Shown: positions 26,714 to 37,657, numbered from the stretch's first letter. The stretch: 64,000 bases of DNA from an uncultured delta proteobacterium (GCA_963843145.1 CAWJJC010000028.1:384001-448000), one strand, 5' to 3'. The notes: generated from the sequence alone by a model not told the origin. Translations and numbers: made by a program.

Positions 26714-28718
26714 CTATTCCCAGTCCCCTGGGCGCTCTTCGGGCCTTTGCGCCGAGAACCCATTAGCTGCCGCTACTCCAAACGGCCAGGAGGCCCGAAT
26801 GGTTGTTCCTGCTTCTCCGGATTCGACGGCAAAAGCTCCATTCGAGAGCTCCGCCCGTTCCCTCATGGTGGATAGGCCGAATCCTCTAACGACCTCGCTC
26901 AGCTCAAATCCCCGGCCGTTGTCTTGAATAGTCAATTCTATTCCATCGCCCATTTTTTGGAGAGAGAGACAGACCCGGTTGGCCTGACTGTGCTTGGCGA
27001 TATTGTTCAGCGCTTCCTGGGAAATGCGAAAGATCGGGGTCTTCAGAGAATCTGGCAATTCCTCTTCCGCCAGGCCGATTTGGCCTTCAACCCCGATAGA
27101 GGAATAGGTTTTTTGAAACTCTCGGCAGAACCAGTTCATGGCGGAAATGATCCCCAGGTCATCAAGAATGGCCGGTCGCAAATCGGCCATGATCCTTCGA
27201 GTTTCCACGATGGTTTGTTGAACTGCCGCGACCAGACCGTGCAAGGATTCGATTGGTGTCTGGCCCTGCTCCATATCGGCCTGAGTCTTTTCTATGCTGT
27301 ATTTGATAGCGGCCAGGGAAGAGGCAATGCTATCGTGAAGCTCTCCCGCAATCCTCTTCCTTTCCGTCTCCTGGGTAGTCAGGCACTGAGAGGCAAAAAA
27401 CCGCACCTGTTTCTCCGATCGGCGCAGCGTTTCTTCCAATCGCCGGCGTTGGAGAATTTCTTGCTGCAGCTTACCGACGGCTTCCGTTAATTCCGCCGTT
27501 CTTATCTGAACCCGTGCCTCTAGGTCGGCATTGATTTGCTCGACCTCCCGGCGGGCTTCGACGGCGTCTCGCATGAGGTTGAGCGCGGCCAGCCGGGAGG
27601 CGCGCAAGTCTTCTTCAGCCTGTTTGCGCTCCGTAACGTCGAGAAAAACGACTCCAAAACATCCTTTCTCGGTCTGGAAAGCGCTTACCTCAAAATGCCG
27701 CCCCAGGGCCTCGCTCCATTGGTCGAAGTGGGCCGGCTGACCGGTCAGGGCGACCGATCCGTACCGCTCCACCCAGAGGCTTTCCGCATTGGGGCAGGAC
27801 CTCAGAGAGTGTTCGCCCCACGAGGTCTGCGGCCTTAAGCCCGGTCAGACGCTCGAAACCCGGATTCACCTGCAGGAAGCGGTAATCGCAGGGCCGGCCC
27901 TCGTCGTTACAGATGATTTCGTGGACGGCGAAGCCTTCGGTCATGGTTTCAAACAGCTTTCGAAACCGATCCTCGCTTTGCGCGAGTTCCCGGAACAGGG
28001 TCCGATAGGGGCGCTGGAGGCCGGTTTCAATAATGGCCTTATACAGCAGGGCATAAGCCACGATTTTCAGGAAATGCCCCAGCTCATTGAACAGGCCGTA
28101 TACGTTTCCATACCAGGTGAAGGACAGTTCCGAGACGATGCTCACGCCAATGGCGGCTATCACCAAGCGCAGCACCGAAGGGTCCAGGTGCTGCCGTCGC
28201 CGGGAGACGAAGAAGATCGCCCCGGCCAGCAAAACGCAGATGAGGTATTCGCTGGTGATTTTAAAAACCGTTAGACCCTGCCCCTCGACGAAACAGGCCG
28301 GGAACCATCCGCCGAACACCATAAACAGCAACAGCGCCGTTATCAGGCCGTAGGCCGACAGCAGCCTCAGGGCGCTAACCCGTCGCGTCAGGAATAGGGG
28401 CGCCACTACCAGCGACACCGCCTCCAGGCCTCGCGCGGCAATCCACAACTGCGTCGGCAAGTCGGCCGTTGCGCCGGGGAACACGCCCATGCCCTTGTAA
28501 GCCAGCAGGTGAAGGAGGTCGAAGGCCCCTACTGTCAGAAAGGCCACACCCAAAAACAGGAAAAAACCGTGGGTTAGGAGCCGGCGGGAATTCCAGGCCA
28601 GGATGAACATTCCCCAGGCCACTAAAACCGAAAACAACTCCGCCAAGCTATGAAACAGCAGATAACTAACACGACCCGTCAGCCATAACCCGACCGTGCC
28701 GATGACTACCGCCAGCAT
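26714..28718 (-). CDS. MASE3-PAS sensor histidine kinase (NarX/HisKA_3 type), split by a +1 base in the run at 27791-27794
   Basis: YLLFHSLAELFS and D..H.LAYKGMGVF (MASE3); ERKRIAGELHD, QEALNNIAKHS, DNGRGF. Confidence 0.85.
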
Positions 28719-28875
28719 AATGAAGCCTTTGTCTGTGGCCCTTTTCGGCGCAATGGCGGCCTTCCTAATGGATTTTTCAGAGGGATCCTGCGAAACTTTG
28801 GTTCGGCCGACTTTCCCCCGGGCTTTGGGCGGTGAATTGGTTCGTTCCGTTCTTCCGGTCCTTCATGAGCACAAC

Positions 28876-29304
28876 TTATGAATCCGCTGATTGGGGGAGC
28901 ACCGGCTTGATATCGACTAGCGGCGTTCCATCGATCGCCTCCAGCGGTCCCACCTTGATTCTGTTCCCGGCGATTTCCAGAACCGTAACGCGATGTAATC
29001 CCAGTGGATTGGGCCTGTGGGGAGACCGGGTGGCAAAGACGCCGGTCAGGGGCCGATTCGGATCCCGACGCGGATGGACCTTCAGCTTGTCGCGCTGCGC
29101 CTGGTGAAGCCAGGTGATTAAGACCATCTCATCGCCCGGCGCAATCCCTTCGAGTCCCTCGGCAACCTCCGCCTGCACTTCGAGCCAGGCGTCGGGCGCC
29201 CCTTCAGATCCCTGGCGGGGCGCCGCCTCGCGACCAGTCAGGTCGGAGCGGATGACCCCAATGGGTTTGATCGTAAAGCTGGTTTCGATCATAGCGCTGC
29301 TCAC
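28876..29304 (-). CDS. tsaA: tRNA (m6t6A37) methyltransferase TsaA/TrmO family
   Basis: PIGVIRS, GVFATRSPHRPNPLG, DGTPLVDIKP. Confidence 0.88.
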   Translation of the reverse strand: MSSAMIETSFTIKPIGVIRSDLTGREAAPRQGSEGAPDAWLEVQAEVAEGLEGIAPGDEMVLITWLHQAQRDKLKVHPRRDPNRPLTGVFATRSPHRPNPLGLHRVTVLEIAGNRIKVGPLEAIDGTPLVDIKPVLPQSADS

Positions 29305-30065
29305 GGGAAAATCTGACCTGTGGGACGTATCGTCACTTCGTTCACGTTGACGTGCGGCGGCAACCTGAGGAGCCAGTGAATACCATCCGCGATGACCTGG
29401 GGTTCAAGAAGTTGGCCGAAGGAAGCGACGGCCTTACTGAAATTTTCCTCGTCATACCCGGCCACGGCCTGAAATTCACTGACGACGATGCCCGGCAGCA
29501 CCAGGGAAACGCGTACCCCCTGGGGGCAAACCTCACGGCGAAGCGATTCGGCTAGCGCACCGACAGCGAACTTGCTGGAACCGTAGAACCCGCTGAAGGG
29601 CGAAATATTCCGGCCCACCGCTGAACCAATGACCACGATGTCCCCGCGTTTTTGTTTGACCAGGTATTGCCCCGCCCGCCGCATCAGGCAGGCCGCGCCG
29701 AGCACATTGACTTGGTATAGGTCCCGCCACTGGGATTCATCGCTGCCGAGGATACCGCCTGCCAGTCCGCGACCGGCATTGATGACCACAATGTCAAACG
29801 TGCCGCCGCCTTCATTCCAGGCCAAGGTTCGCTCGATCAATCGATCGATATCCTCCTGAACGCCCGCATCGCCCGCCACGGCCAGGGCTATGCCCCCGTG
29901 GGCGGCAATTTCCGAGGCCACCTGATCCAGCCGGTCTTGTCGTCGGGCCTGGATGACTACCGCCGCGCCGGCCCTGGCCAGGGTAGCCGCCGTGGCCCGT
30001 CCTATTCCGGAACTGGCTCCGGTCACAATGGCCGTCTTGCCTGTAAGAAAGCGTTCTATTTCCAT
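29301..30065 (-). CDS. SDR family oxidoreductase
   Basis: TGASSGIG, NAG, Y..SK, P.HVNVNEV.IRP. Confidence 0.9.
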   Translation of the reverse strand: MEIERFLTGKTAIVTGASSGIGRATAATLARAGAAVVIQARRQDRLDQVASEIAAHGGIALAVAGDAGVQEDIDRLIERTLAWNEGGGTFDIVVINAGRGLAGGILGSDESQWRDLYQVNVLGAACLMRRAGQYLVKQKRGDIVVIGSAVGRNISPFSGFYGSSKFAVGALAESLRREVCPQGVRVSLVLPGIVVSEFQAVAGYDEENFSKAVASFGQLLEPQVIADGIHWLLRLPPHVNVNEVTIRPTGQIFP

Positions 30066-30174
30066 AAATTCCTCCTCGGCGGCGTGCCAGGTAGAGTTTG
30101 TTTTTAAGGTTTTAGGTGGCCGGACCCGAAGCCGTCACCTTAAGCCCTTTAGTCCGGGAATCAAACGCTGGCTG

Positions 30175-30624
30175 TCATTCCAGCGGAAGCCGGAATCCGG
30201 CGCTGGAATTGGGTGAAGACGGGTCTCGCCTCCAGAGGCGATCCCCGCTCCAGGCCCCTCCTCCAGCTAAGGCCAGATAAAGGAACACAAAGCACAAGAC
30301 AACGGCCAGGTCCCCTCCATTCCTCAGGGGCCAGAACCCCTTGGGCGCGTGCACCAGGAAGTAGGCCGCGGCCATTTCTCCTGAGAGGATGAAGGCTACG
30401 GGACGGGTGAAAAGCCCGAGCAAAATAAACAGCCCGCCGAAAAATTCCAGCACCCCGGCCAGGCCGAGCAGAGACATCAGCGGGGGCAAGACGGCGTGCT
30501 CGGGGGAAAGGAAACCGAAGAGCTTCTGTGCCCCGTGCTGCATAAAGAGGAAGGCCGTAACGATCCGCAGGACGCTCAGCAGGCGCGACGACCACCGGGA
30601 ACAAAATGATTCGAGATAAAGCAT
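30175..30624 (-). CDS. DoxX family membrane protein
   Basis: HGAQKLFGF, GLFTRP.AFILSGEMA.AYF..H; the C-terminus runs into a repeat. Confidence 0.88.
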   Translation of the reverse strand: MLYLESFCSRWSSRLLSVLRIVTAFLFMQHGAQKLFGFLSPEHAVLPPLMSLLGLAGVLEFFGGLFILLGLFTRPVAFILSGEMAAAYFLVHAPKGFWPLRNGGDLAVVLCFVFLYLALAGGGAWSGDRLWRRDPSSPNSSAGFRLPLE

Positions 30625-30929
30625 AAACACCTCCTCGTTGGTCTATTTGGACGCGTCCTTTATGTGGCGGGATCTGTTATCACGCGGGATGACTTAATAG
30701 AAAATAGGCTTTCCTTCTAAGCATTTGTTTTTCATTTTGTCATTAAATCAGATCATTGTCAAATAAACTGGTGTCCAGGCTTAAATGAGCCATTCGGCGA
30801 AATTAGGCAAAGAAGGCGGGCGGTTAGGAGAGGAAGGGAGTCCCCCCTTGGCATCGGGTTTCCTGGGGCCCGACCTTTTGGGCCGGGTCTTTTTAGTTAT
30901 TTAATCGATTTTATCCGAGGAGTTTGCCA

Positions 30930-31020
30930 TTTGTGGGAGCACCGGCTTGATTTCGACTATCGGCGTTCTTTTCATCGCTTCCAGCGGTCCCAGCCTGATC
31001 GTATTCCCGACGATTTTCAG
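30930..31020 (-). pseudogene. Degenerate copy of tsaA 3' end
   Basis: GGGAGCACCGGCTTGAT.TCGACTA.CGGCGTTC...TCCAGCGGTCCCA matches 28890-28980. Confidence 0.75.
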
Positions 31021-31108
31021 AATGAACCGCGAAGGGTTTCAGTTGACCAAAAGGGACTTATTGTAATAACATCTCTAATCACGGTCAGGAAATTAAAAAG
31101 GAGGAGCC

Positions 31109-31681
31109 ATGGATCTTTTTACCGCCATTAAGGAAAGACGCAGTTGTAGAAGCTTTTTGAGTGATCCGATAGAGGAGGTCACCCTGGAGAAGATCATAGA
31201 AGCCGGGACCTGGGCGCCCTCGCCGATGAACGCCCAACCCTGGGAATTCATCGTGGTCACCAGCCCGGAGATGAAAGAGAAGATTTTCGCGGAGGCGGAG
31301 CGCTGTCGCCGGTGGGCTTTGAGCGCCAGCGGCTGGAAGTGGTTGGACAAATACCGGATCGAATTCTTGAAATCCGCTCCGGCGCTGGTGGTGGTGGTCG
31401 GCGACCCCAAAAAAACCGGGGTCGACCAATTCATGGAGGACGGTTCGGCGGGCTATCAATACGCCTGCGCTGCGGCCGTCCAGAATATGATGCTGGCCGC
31501 CCAGGCCCTGGGCTTAGGCAGCCTTTGGTTTACGTTGTTCGACCGAAAAAATGTGGGCGCAGCCTTAGGCGTCGTCCCCGAGAAAAAGGTGCTGTCCCTC
31601 GTTTGCCTGGGCAAGCCGGAAGGGGGAGGGACTTCGGTGCCGCGCAAACCGGCGGCAGAAAAAATGACCTACCTCCGGTAA
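31109..31681 (+). CDS. Nitroreductase family protein
   Basis: RRSCRSF, APSPMNAQPWEF, QNMMLAAQALGLGSLW. Confidence 0.92.
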   Translation: MDLFTAIKERRSCRSFLSDPIEEVTLEKIIEAGTWAPSPMNAQPWEFIVVTSPEMKEKIFAEAERCRRWALSASGWKWLDKYRIEFLKSAPALVVVVGDPKKTGVDQFMEDGSAGYQYACAAAVQNMMLAAQALGLGSLWFTLFDRKNVGAALGVVPEKKVLSLVCLGKPEGGGTSVPRKPAAEKMTYLR

Positions 31682-31715
31682 GGGAAACCGGCCTTGGCCC
31701 GCGCTATCCTTCCTT

Positions 31716-32951
31716 TTACCCGCTGGTTTGTGCGGCCCAAGAAGGAGGTGATCCCGGTGGAGAAGATTCTTTCGTAACCGCGGAGCCCGCGGTTTTCAAG
31801 GCCACTGCGCTTATTCTCGGTTCAGCCAGCCGAACAATGCGAATGGCCCGGCGCCGCTCTACGGGAAAATATAAAATAAAGCTGGCGCCTTGTCCTGGTT
31901 CGGATTCAACTTCGATGCGGCCTCCGTGAATGTCCAGGATTCGTTTGACCGTTGCCAGATCGATTCCGGCCCCATTGTCCTTGGTGCTGAAAAACGGGTT
32001 AAAGATAAAAGGAAGGTCCCTCTTGAGTATCCCGATCCCGTTGTCGGTTACCCTGACCCAATAGTGCTGGCCGTTCGTTCCGCTCGTAAAGGTGATCTCC
32101 CCGAATTCTTCCATGGCCTCAATGGCATTTTCAATCAAAATCATAAAGGCCCTCACCGAAAGATTTCTATCCACCCGCAGGGAAATTTCCGTAAGAGACT
32201 TGTTGACGCTGATGGTTTTGCTTTTCAGTGGGTGGGCAAATAACCGGAGGGCCTCCTCGATGAGCTCTTCCAGTGGTTCATTGGTGAAAGAGGGCTTCGG
32301 CAGCGTAGCAAAGGAATCGGTTTTTTTCACCAGCCGCTCTATTTTTTGCAGGTCGCTTAAAATGTACCGGTAATACCGCTCGTTGTCTTCGTTTCGCTCG
32401 CAGGCGGCATGGAGCTTCTTGCAGTAGCCGCCGATACCGGCCAGGGGGTTCCGAAGTTCGTGGGCCACTCCTCCGGCAATTTGGACCAGATCGGCATAAT
32501 GGCCATCCAGAAGGATTTTTTCGAGTTGCTTCTTCTGGTCAATATTCTGGATGCAGATGAAAATCAGGGCGTGCCCCCGCTCGGGCGCACACATGGCCTG
32601 CATATTGATGAAGGCGAAGAAACGGGTCTGGTCCTTTCGCTGGAGCATCAGCTCGCCCTCAAAGGGACAATTCTTTTGGGCCAGGTCCATCAAATTGGAA
32701 AATAGATAGGTTACATCCTCCGGTGTAAATAGGAGGGAAAGCATTTCTCCTTCCATCTCGTCCGGGGTAAACCCAAAGAGGTTTTCCACTACCGGACTGG
32801 TGAAACAGATGCGACCGCTCAGGTCGGTGACAATAACCGCCTGTTTGAGGCAGGCCAGAATGCTTTCCAGCATTTCCCAAGAGTCACAATACGTTAGCGG
32901 CCAGGCCAAGTTGGTATTTTTATTCATCGGGTACTCCTTCTCGGTTGCCAA
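31716..32951 (-). CDS. PAS sensor histidine kinase
   Basis: AHELRNPL, ENAIEA, DNGIG, FNPFFSTK..GAGIDL. Confidence 0.9.
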   Translation of the reverse strand: MATEKEYPMNKNTNLAWPLTYCDSWEMLESILACLKQAVIVTDLSGRICFTSPVVENLFGFTPDEMEGEMLSLLFTPEDVTYLFSNLMDLAQKNCPFEGELMLQRKDQTRFFAFINMQAMCAPERGHALIFICIQNIDQKKQLEKILLDGHYADLVQIAGGVAHELRNPLAGIGGYCKKLHAACERNEDNERYYRYILSDLQKIERLVKKTDSFATLPKPSFTNEPLEELIEEALRLFAHPLKSKTISVNKSLTEISLRVDRNLSVRAFMILIENAIEAMEEFGEITFTSGTNGQHYWVRVTDNGIGILKRDLPFIFNPFFSTKDNGAGIDLATVKRILDIHGGRIEVESEPGQGASFILYFPVERRRAIRIVRLAEPRISAVALKTAGSAVTKESSPPGSPPSWAAQTSG

Positions 32952-33008
32952 GCAACGAAAAAGAAAAGGGGGTTTCCCTTAGCAGGGGGTTGGCCTTTGC
33001 GGGGCCCA

Positions 33009-34082
33009 TCACAGCTCCGACGCTAAGGTAGGTTTAATCAATCCCAGGGTTCCCAGAGTGGGTTCGATTCCCTGATCGGTGAAAAGCCGTGAATCCGTCC
33101 CCAGCCTGGAAAGGGCGAGGCTGGTTATCTGTCCTAACCGCTCGAGAAAAAATTCTTCCCGATGGGTGAGTTGTTGTTTAATGGTATTGATCCAGAGGTA
33201 GAGGGTGCCCAGTTTTTTGTGGTCAAAGGATAGGGGTACGGTCTCCAAAAGGTTGGGCTGGGACTTTTGCCCGAAGGCCCCTCGGTCTTCAGCGTTCCCG
33301 AAGGGTTTCCCGGCCTTCAAGGATTTTTTGATGGCCGGAAACCGGGCCAGGTCCAAGACGATGGGTTCCGTTTCCGGAGAATCGTTGGAGGAAACCATTA
33401 ATCCGCTTTTCTCCCGGGAATCCACAAAAATGGCCGAACAGCGAACGATGGAAAATTTTTCGCAGATGATCCGGGTCAGTTGCAGCAGGTAGTCGGAAAA
33501 GCGTTTCCCCTGACCGATGGACTGGGCCACCTCGGTCAGCGCCTCCAACTCCAGATAGTCTTCCCTCAGGATCTCCTTTTCCTGCAGAAGACGGTTATAG
33601 GATTCGATCATGCCGTAGAAGAAAAAGGTCACAATAAATAGAAAGGGAAAGCGGAGCAAGGTCCCGGTACTCCAAAAATCGTTCGGGGATTTCAGATAAA
33701 GGGAAGTCCCGTAGATGACCAGAATTAACCCGAAGGCGGAACCGATCAGTTTGAGTCGCCTCGAGGTGGCGGCCAATAAAAGAATCAAAAAGTAGATGAC
33801 ATAGAATTCCGAATCCGATTGCGCGGCAAAAAAAAGGGCCAGAGTGGTCAATAAGATATCAAGGGAAAGAATATAAAAAAGAAAACGTTTCTTTCGAAAG
33901 AGGGTTTTGGGAAAAAAAGTCAGTCCCAGGTTGCTCAAGGCGTATAGGGAAAAGCCGAAGATAAATGAGAGGGGCAGGTGCTCTTGCGAGAGGCTGAAGA
34001 GGAGGACATAGCCGACGATGATGATCAGCGCCCAACGCAGCAGCAAGATGGTCCTTTTGTTATATTCTTCTTTTAGCAACAT
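33009..34082 (-). CDS. Membrane protein with C-terminal GAF-like domain
   Basis: About six TM segments, coiled coil, GAF-like VPL...LG.L.L; no output domain visible. Confidence 0.65.
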   Translation of the reverse strand: MLLKEEYNKRTILLLRWALIIIVGYVLLFSLSQEHLPLSFIFGFSLYALSNLGLTFFPKTLFRKKRFLFYILSLDILLTTLALFFAAQSDSEFYVIYFLILLLAATSRRLKLIGSAFGLILVIYGTSLYLKSPNDFWSTGTLLRFPFLFIVTFFFYGMIESYNRLLQEKEILREDYLELEALTEVAQSIGQGKRFSDYLLQLTRIICEKFSIVRCSAIFVDSREKSGLMVSSNDSPETEPIVLDLARFPAIKKSLKAGKPFGNAEDRGAFGQKSQPNLLETVPLSFDHKKLGTLYLWINTIKQQLTHREEFFLERLGQITSLALSRLGTDSRLFTDQGIEPTLGTLGLIKPTLASEL

Positions 34083-34109
34083 ACCGTTTTCCCCCCCCAA
34101 TAGAAGGTT

Positions 34110-34922
34110 TCAGGTCAGCTTGGCCCTTAATTTTGAACGGACCTGCGAATGAATTTGAGATACCCGTCCTTCGGAACAGCCTAGAATGTGGCCGATTTCA
34201 CTTCCGGAAAGTTCTTCGTAATAGTAGAGGGAAAGGAAGGTCTGCTCCCGCTGGGTGAGTCGATCAATGGCCTGGGCCAGGTGTTGTTTTAGATCCAGCA
34301 GAATGACCTGGAAGGACGGATCTTGTCTTTCATCCGCCGGTAAGGCCTCCAGCATCCGGTCGGATGGATCACTGTCGGAGGGGCGCGGGGTCATTTTCAG
34401 GTTTTGCGCCGAAAGCCCATAGGCCTCCTTGACCAGCTTGTAAAAAAGATCCAGGGTTTTGCCGAGCGCCTGGGCCACTTCTTCGTCTTCAACCGGATAG
34501 CCTTTGGCCTGCTCCAATTCCCGCACCGTATTTTCCAGAAGCATTTTTTTCTGGCGGACGGATCGCGGGACCCAGTCCAGGGCCCGCAGTTCGTCCAACA
34601 TGGCCCCCCGGATGCGGTATTCCGCGTAGGTGGAAAAATTCACTTTTTTGTCCGGATCAAATTTTTGCAGGGCATCCATCAAACCGATCATCCCGACACT
34701 GATTAAGTCCTCTAGCGCAATATGATCCGGTAACCGCCTGACCAGTCGCTGGGCCACAAATTTTACCATAGGGCTGTGCTTGAGGATTAAGGCTTCCCGA
34801 TCGCTAAGGGAAATAGGGAGGGCCTCGCAGACCGGCGGGGGCGTCTTCCCTTCTAATTTGTTGTATCCGCTTACGGTGGCTTTCACGTGTTCCTCCTGTT
34901 GGGTTCTCTGACCAGGTAGCAT
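34110..34922 (-). CDS. fliA: FliA/WhiG family sigma-28 factor
   Basis: DL...G.IGL.DA..KFDP, YAEYRIRGAMLDELRALDWVPRSVR, LYYYEEL...EIG.IL..SE.RVSQIHS; start may be GTG 34886. Confidence 0.9.
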   Translation of the reverse strand: MLPGQRTQQEEHVKATVSGYNKLEGKTPPPVCEALPISLSDREALILKHSPMVKFVAQRLVRRLPDHIALEDLISVGMIGLMDALQKFDPDKKVNFSTYAEYRIRGAMLDELRALDWVPRSVRQKKMLLENTVRELEQAKGYPVEDEEVAQALGKTLDLFYKLVKEAYGLSAQNLKMTPRPSDSDPSDRMLEALPADERQDPSFQVILLDLKQHLAQAIDRLTQREQTFLSLYYYEELSGSEIGHILGCSEGRVSQIHSQVRSKLRAKLT

Positions 34923-36137
34923 TTATACCCCCCGGCTGGTTTCCAAAACGGTAGTTTGGTTGATCAATCCCTGATCGCAGGGGGGGATCTCCGGATAATG
35001 TGGAAGTAGACTTGACCGTTCATCCCGTGGCGGTCCTAGGACCTTCCCCCCATCCGAGTGATTGGGCAAGCCGGTTGTTTGACCCTCTAGTTTTTCCCAG
35101 GCCAGGCCGAAGTCCTTCCCCTTGAACAGGATCAAACAGGCTTCCACCACCCGGGGATCATAAAGCACGCCTGCTTGGGCCTCAATTTCCTCCAGGGCCT
35201 TGTCGATTCCCAAAGCCGGTCGGTAAGGCCGGTGGGACGCGATGGCCTCCACCACGTCGGCCACCGCCAGAATTCTGGCCTCCAAGATAATCTCCGCCTT
35301 CGACAAGCCTTGAGGATATCCGCTCCCGTCGATCCTTTCGTGGTGCTGATGCACGATATCGGCTATCGGCCAGGGGAAATCAATGGGCTCCAGCAACTGG
35401 TACCCCAATTGAGCATGGGATTTGACGATGGCGAATTCGATGGCTGATATTTTCCCCGGCTTGCTGAGGATCTCGGCGGGTATAAATATCTTGCCGACAT
35501 CATGAACCAATCCGGCCATGCGGATTCCTTCGGTCTGAGGACGGGGAAGCCCCAGCTCGCCGGCAATCGCTGCGGCCAGTTTAGACACTCTTTGCTGGTG
35601 ACCGGCGGTATAAGGATCCCTTATTTCTACGGTTGAAGCCACCAGATTGATGGTTCCGGTGATGGATTTTTGCAGGTCATTTACGGTGGTCAGCAGATCT
35701 TGGGTTCGTTCTCTGACCTTGGTTTCAAGGTTCTGAAGGTAGCGCCGGTTCTCAATCTCCAATTCGCGGCGGCGGAGGGCGTTCGACACCTGGATCATCA
35801 GTTGATTCAAACTAAAGGGTTTAATCAGGTATCCATAGGCGCCGATGGCCAAGGCTTCCTCCGCAGTCCGCAGGTCATCTATCCCGCTTTCCATGATAAT
35901 GACCGTATCGGGATATCGATGGGCGACAAATTTAATCAATTCGAGGCCGGATTCCCCGACCAGATTGATATCGCTGAGGATCAAGGAAAAGATCTGGCGC
36001 TGCAGGAGAGCCCGCGCTTCTTTGGCATTTCTGGCCAACTGGCAGATATAACCATGCGAACGGAGCTCTTTAGCAATGAGCCGGAGTATATTTTCCTCGT
36101 CCTCTACGACCAAGATTGGATGTGAATCCATTTTCAT
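34923..36137 (-). CDS. Response regulator with HD-GYP c-di-GMP phosphodiesterase domain
   Basis: Receiver domain plus RDPYTAGHQ, HDVGK, HHER.DGSGYP. Confidence 0.92.
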   Translation of the reverse strand: MKMDSHPILVVEDEENILRLIAKELRSHGYICQLARNAKEARALLQRQIFSLILSDINLVGESGLELIKFVAHRYPDTVIIMESGIDDLRTAEEALAIGAYGYLIKPFSLNQLMIQVSNALRRRELEIENRRYLQNLETKVRERTQDLLTTVNDLQKSITGTINLVASTVEIRDPYTAGHQQRVSKLAAAIAGELGLPRPQTEGIRMAGLVHDVGKIFIPAEILSKPGKISAIEFAIVKSHAQLGYQLLEPIDFPWPIADIVHQHHERIDGSGYPQGLSKAEIILEARILAVADVVEAIASHRPYRPALGIDKALEEIEAQAGVLYDPRVVEACLILFKGKDFGLAWEKLEGQTTGLPNHSDGGKVLGPPRDERSSLLPHYPEIPPCDQGLINQTTVLETSRGV

Positions 36138-36185
36138 GTCATCTCCCGATACGTTGCCTCTTAGACTTGTTATATGGAAATATAC

Positions 36186-36200
36186 TCAAGAACCATGCCA
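36186..36200 (-). promoter_or_regulatory. Sigma54 (-24/-12) promoter
   Basis: Minus strand TGGCAT-GGTTC-TTGA ~50 nt upstream of the HD-GYP start. Confidence 0.6.
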
Positions 36201-36286
36201 GGAAAGGCAAATAGAGACAAAGGCAGGATTAACGAGGAGTTATTGAAGCAGGCCCGAGGGGGTTGAACTCGATATCTGGTTATGAA

Positions 36287-36322
36287 CGAGACGATTGGTC
36301 TCATTTCTGAGAAATATGAGAC
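36287..36322. promoter_or_regulatory. Putative enhancer-binding (UAS) sites
   Basis: Clustered GAGAC/GTCTC palindromes (GAGACGATTGGTCTC, TCTCATTTCTGAGA) ~90-120 nt upstream of the sigma54 promoter. Confidence 0.45.
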
Positions 36323-36325
36323 GGA

Positions 36326-37657
36326 TTAATTATTTTGGTTTCTTATTTTTTTCAGTTTCCGATAGAGCGTCGCCCGGGAGATCCCCAGGGCTTTGGCCGT
36401 TTGGGCGACTTCTCCTTGATGCTCCTTCAGGGTTGATAAGATGGCCGAGGCCTTGACCCCCTGGGTGTCTTCAGGAGGGGTCCCGGGACTGGAGAAAGGT
36501 TTGGTGCCCAATAAGCCGGGAAAATGCTCCTCTGCCAGGGGGGCGCCCCGTGATAGCAAACAGGCCCTTTCCAGGATATTTCGTAATTCCCTGATATTTC
36601 CGGGCCAGGGGTATTGTTGCAACAGCTTGATTATTTTCGTCGGCACCCTGATCTCGGATTTTGCCAGTGAAGCCAGGAGGTGGGAGACCAGTCCCTCCAT
36701 ATCTTCAAGCCGCCTCCGTAAAGGAGGAATTTGAATGGGAAACACCTGTATGCGGAAAAACAGGTCCTTGCGGAATCGCTGTTGGGCAATCTCTTCTTCC
36801 AGATTTTTATTGGTCGCGCACAACAGCCGGAAGTCACTGTGGCGGGATTTCACATCTCCAACCCGACGGAACCATTTATCTTCAATGACCTTAAGGAATT
36901 GGGCCTGAACCTCCAAGTCCATATCACCGATTTCGTCCAAGAAAAGGGTGCCCCGATCGGCAATCTCGATCAGACCCTGCCGGTTCTGGATGGCCGAGGT
37001 AAAAGCCCCGCGAACCACACCGAAAAGTTCGCTGGCCATCAGTGCTCCTTTCAGACCGGAACAATTCACTTCAATCAAAGGTTCGGATCCGCGCTGGCCG
37101 TGTTGGTGTATCCATTGGGCCAGCAATCCCTTTCCGGTTCCGGTTTCTCCCAAAATTAATATCGTGGAGTCATTCTCAGCCGCCAGAGAGGCGAGTTCTT
37201 TGACCAAGGCCATGCCCGGACTCGGCCCCCAAAAAAAATTCTCCCGGTAGTTCGATCGTTCTTTGGCCGTCCGCTGCCGGCGCAACGCGCCCCATTCTAG
37301 AGCCTTTTGGAGAAAAATCTGCAGGCCGGCCATTTCTACCGGCTTGGGCAGAAAATTATCCGCACCCCGGCGCATGGCTTCCACGGCTTTCGGGATGTCG
37401 CCTTCCCCGCTGATGACAATAATGGGTAGCCCGGGATAATTTTCCCTGAGTTCCGGTATCCAATCCAGCCCATTGCCGTCGGGAAGGTTTAAATCGAGCA
37501 AGAGGGCATCAAAGCGCCGGTTCAGGATGGTTTCCCGAGCTTCTTTCAAGGAGGAGGCTTCAGCGACGATAAAGCCGGCTTCAGCCAGGAATTTAGAAAA
37601 CAATACCCGGATTGCCGGATCATCATCGACCACTAGAATTTGAGGATTCATCCTCAT
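36326..37657 (-). CDS. Sigma54-dependent NtrC-family response regulator
   Basis: Receiver domain, GETGTGKG, GAFTSA, FLDEIG, WPGNIREL, Fis helix-turn-helix. Confidence 0.92.
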   Translation of the reverse strand: MRMNPQILVVDDDPAIRVLFSKFLAEAGFIVAEASSLKEARETILNRRFDALLLDLNLPDGNGLDWIPELRENYPGLPIIVISGEGDIPKAVEAMRRGADNFLPKPVEMAGLQIFLQKALEWGALRRQRTAKERSNYRENFFWGPSPGMALVKELASLAAENDSTILILGETGTGKGLLAQWIHQHGQRGSEPLIEVNCSGLKGALMASELFGVVRGAFTSAIQNRQGLIEIADRGTLFLDEIGDMDLEVQAQFLKVIEDKWFRRVGDVKSRHSDFRLLCATNKNLEEEIAQQRFRKDLFFRIQVFPIQIPPLRRRLEDMEGLVSHLLASLAKSEIRVPTKIIKLLQQYPWPGNIRELRNILERACLLSRGAPLAEEHFPGLLGTKPFSSPGTPPEDTQGVKASAILSTLKEHQGEVAQTAKALGISRATLYRKLKKIRNQNN

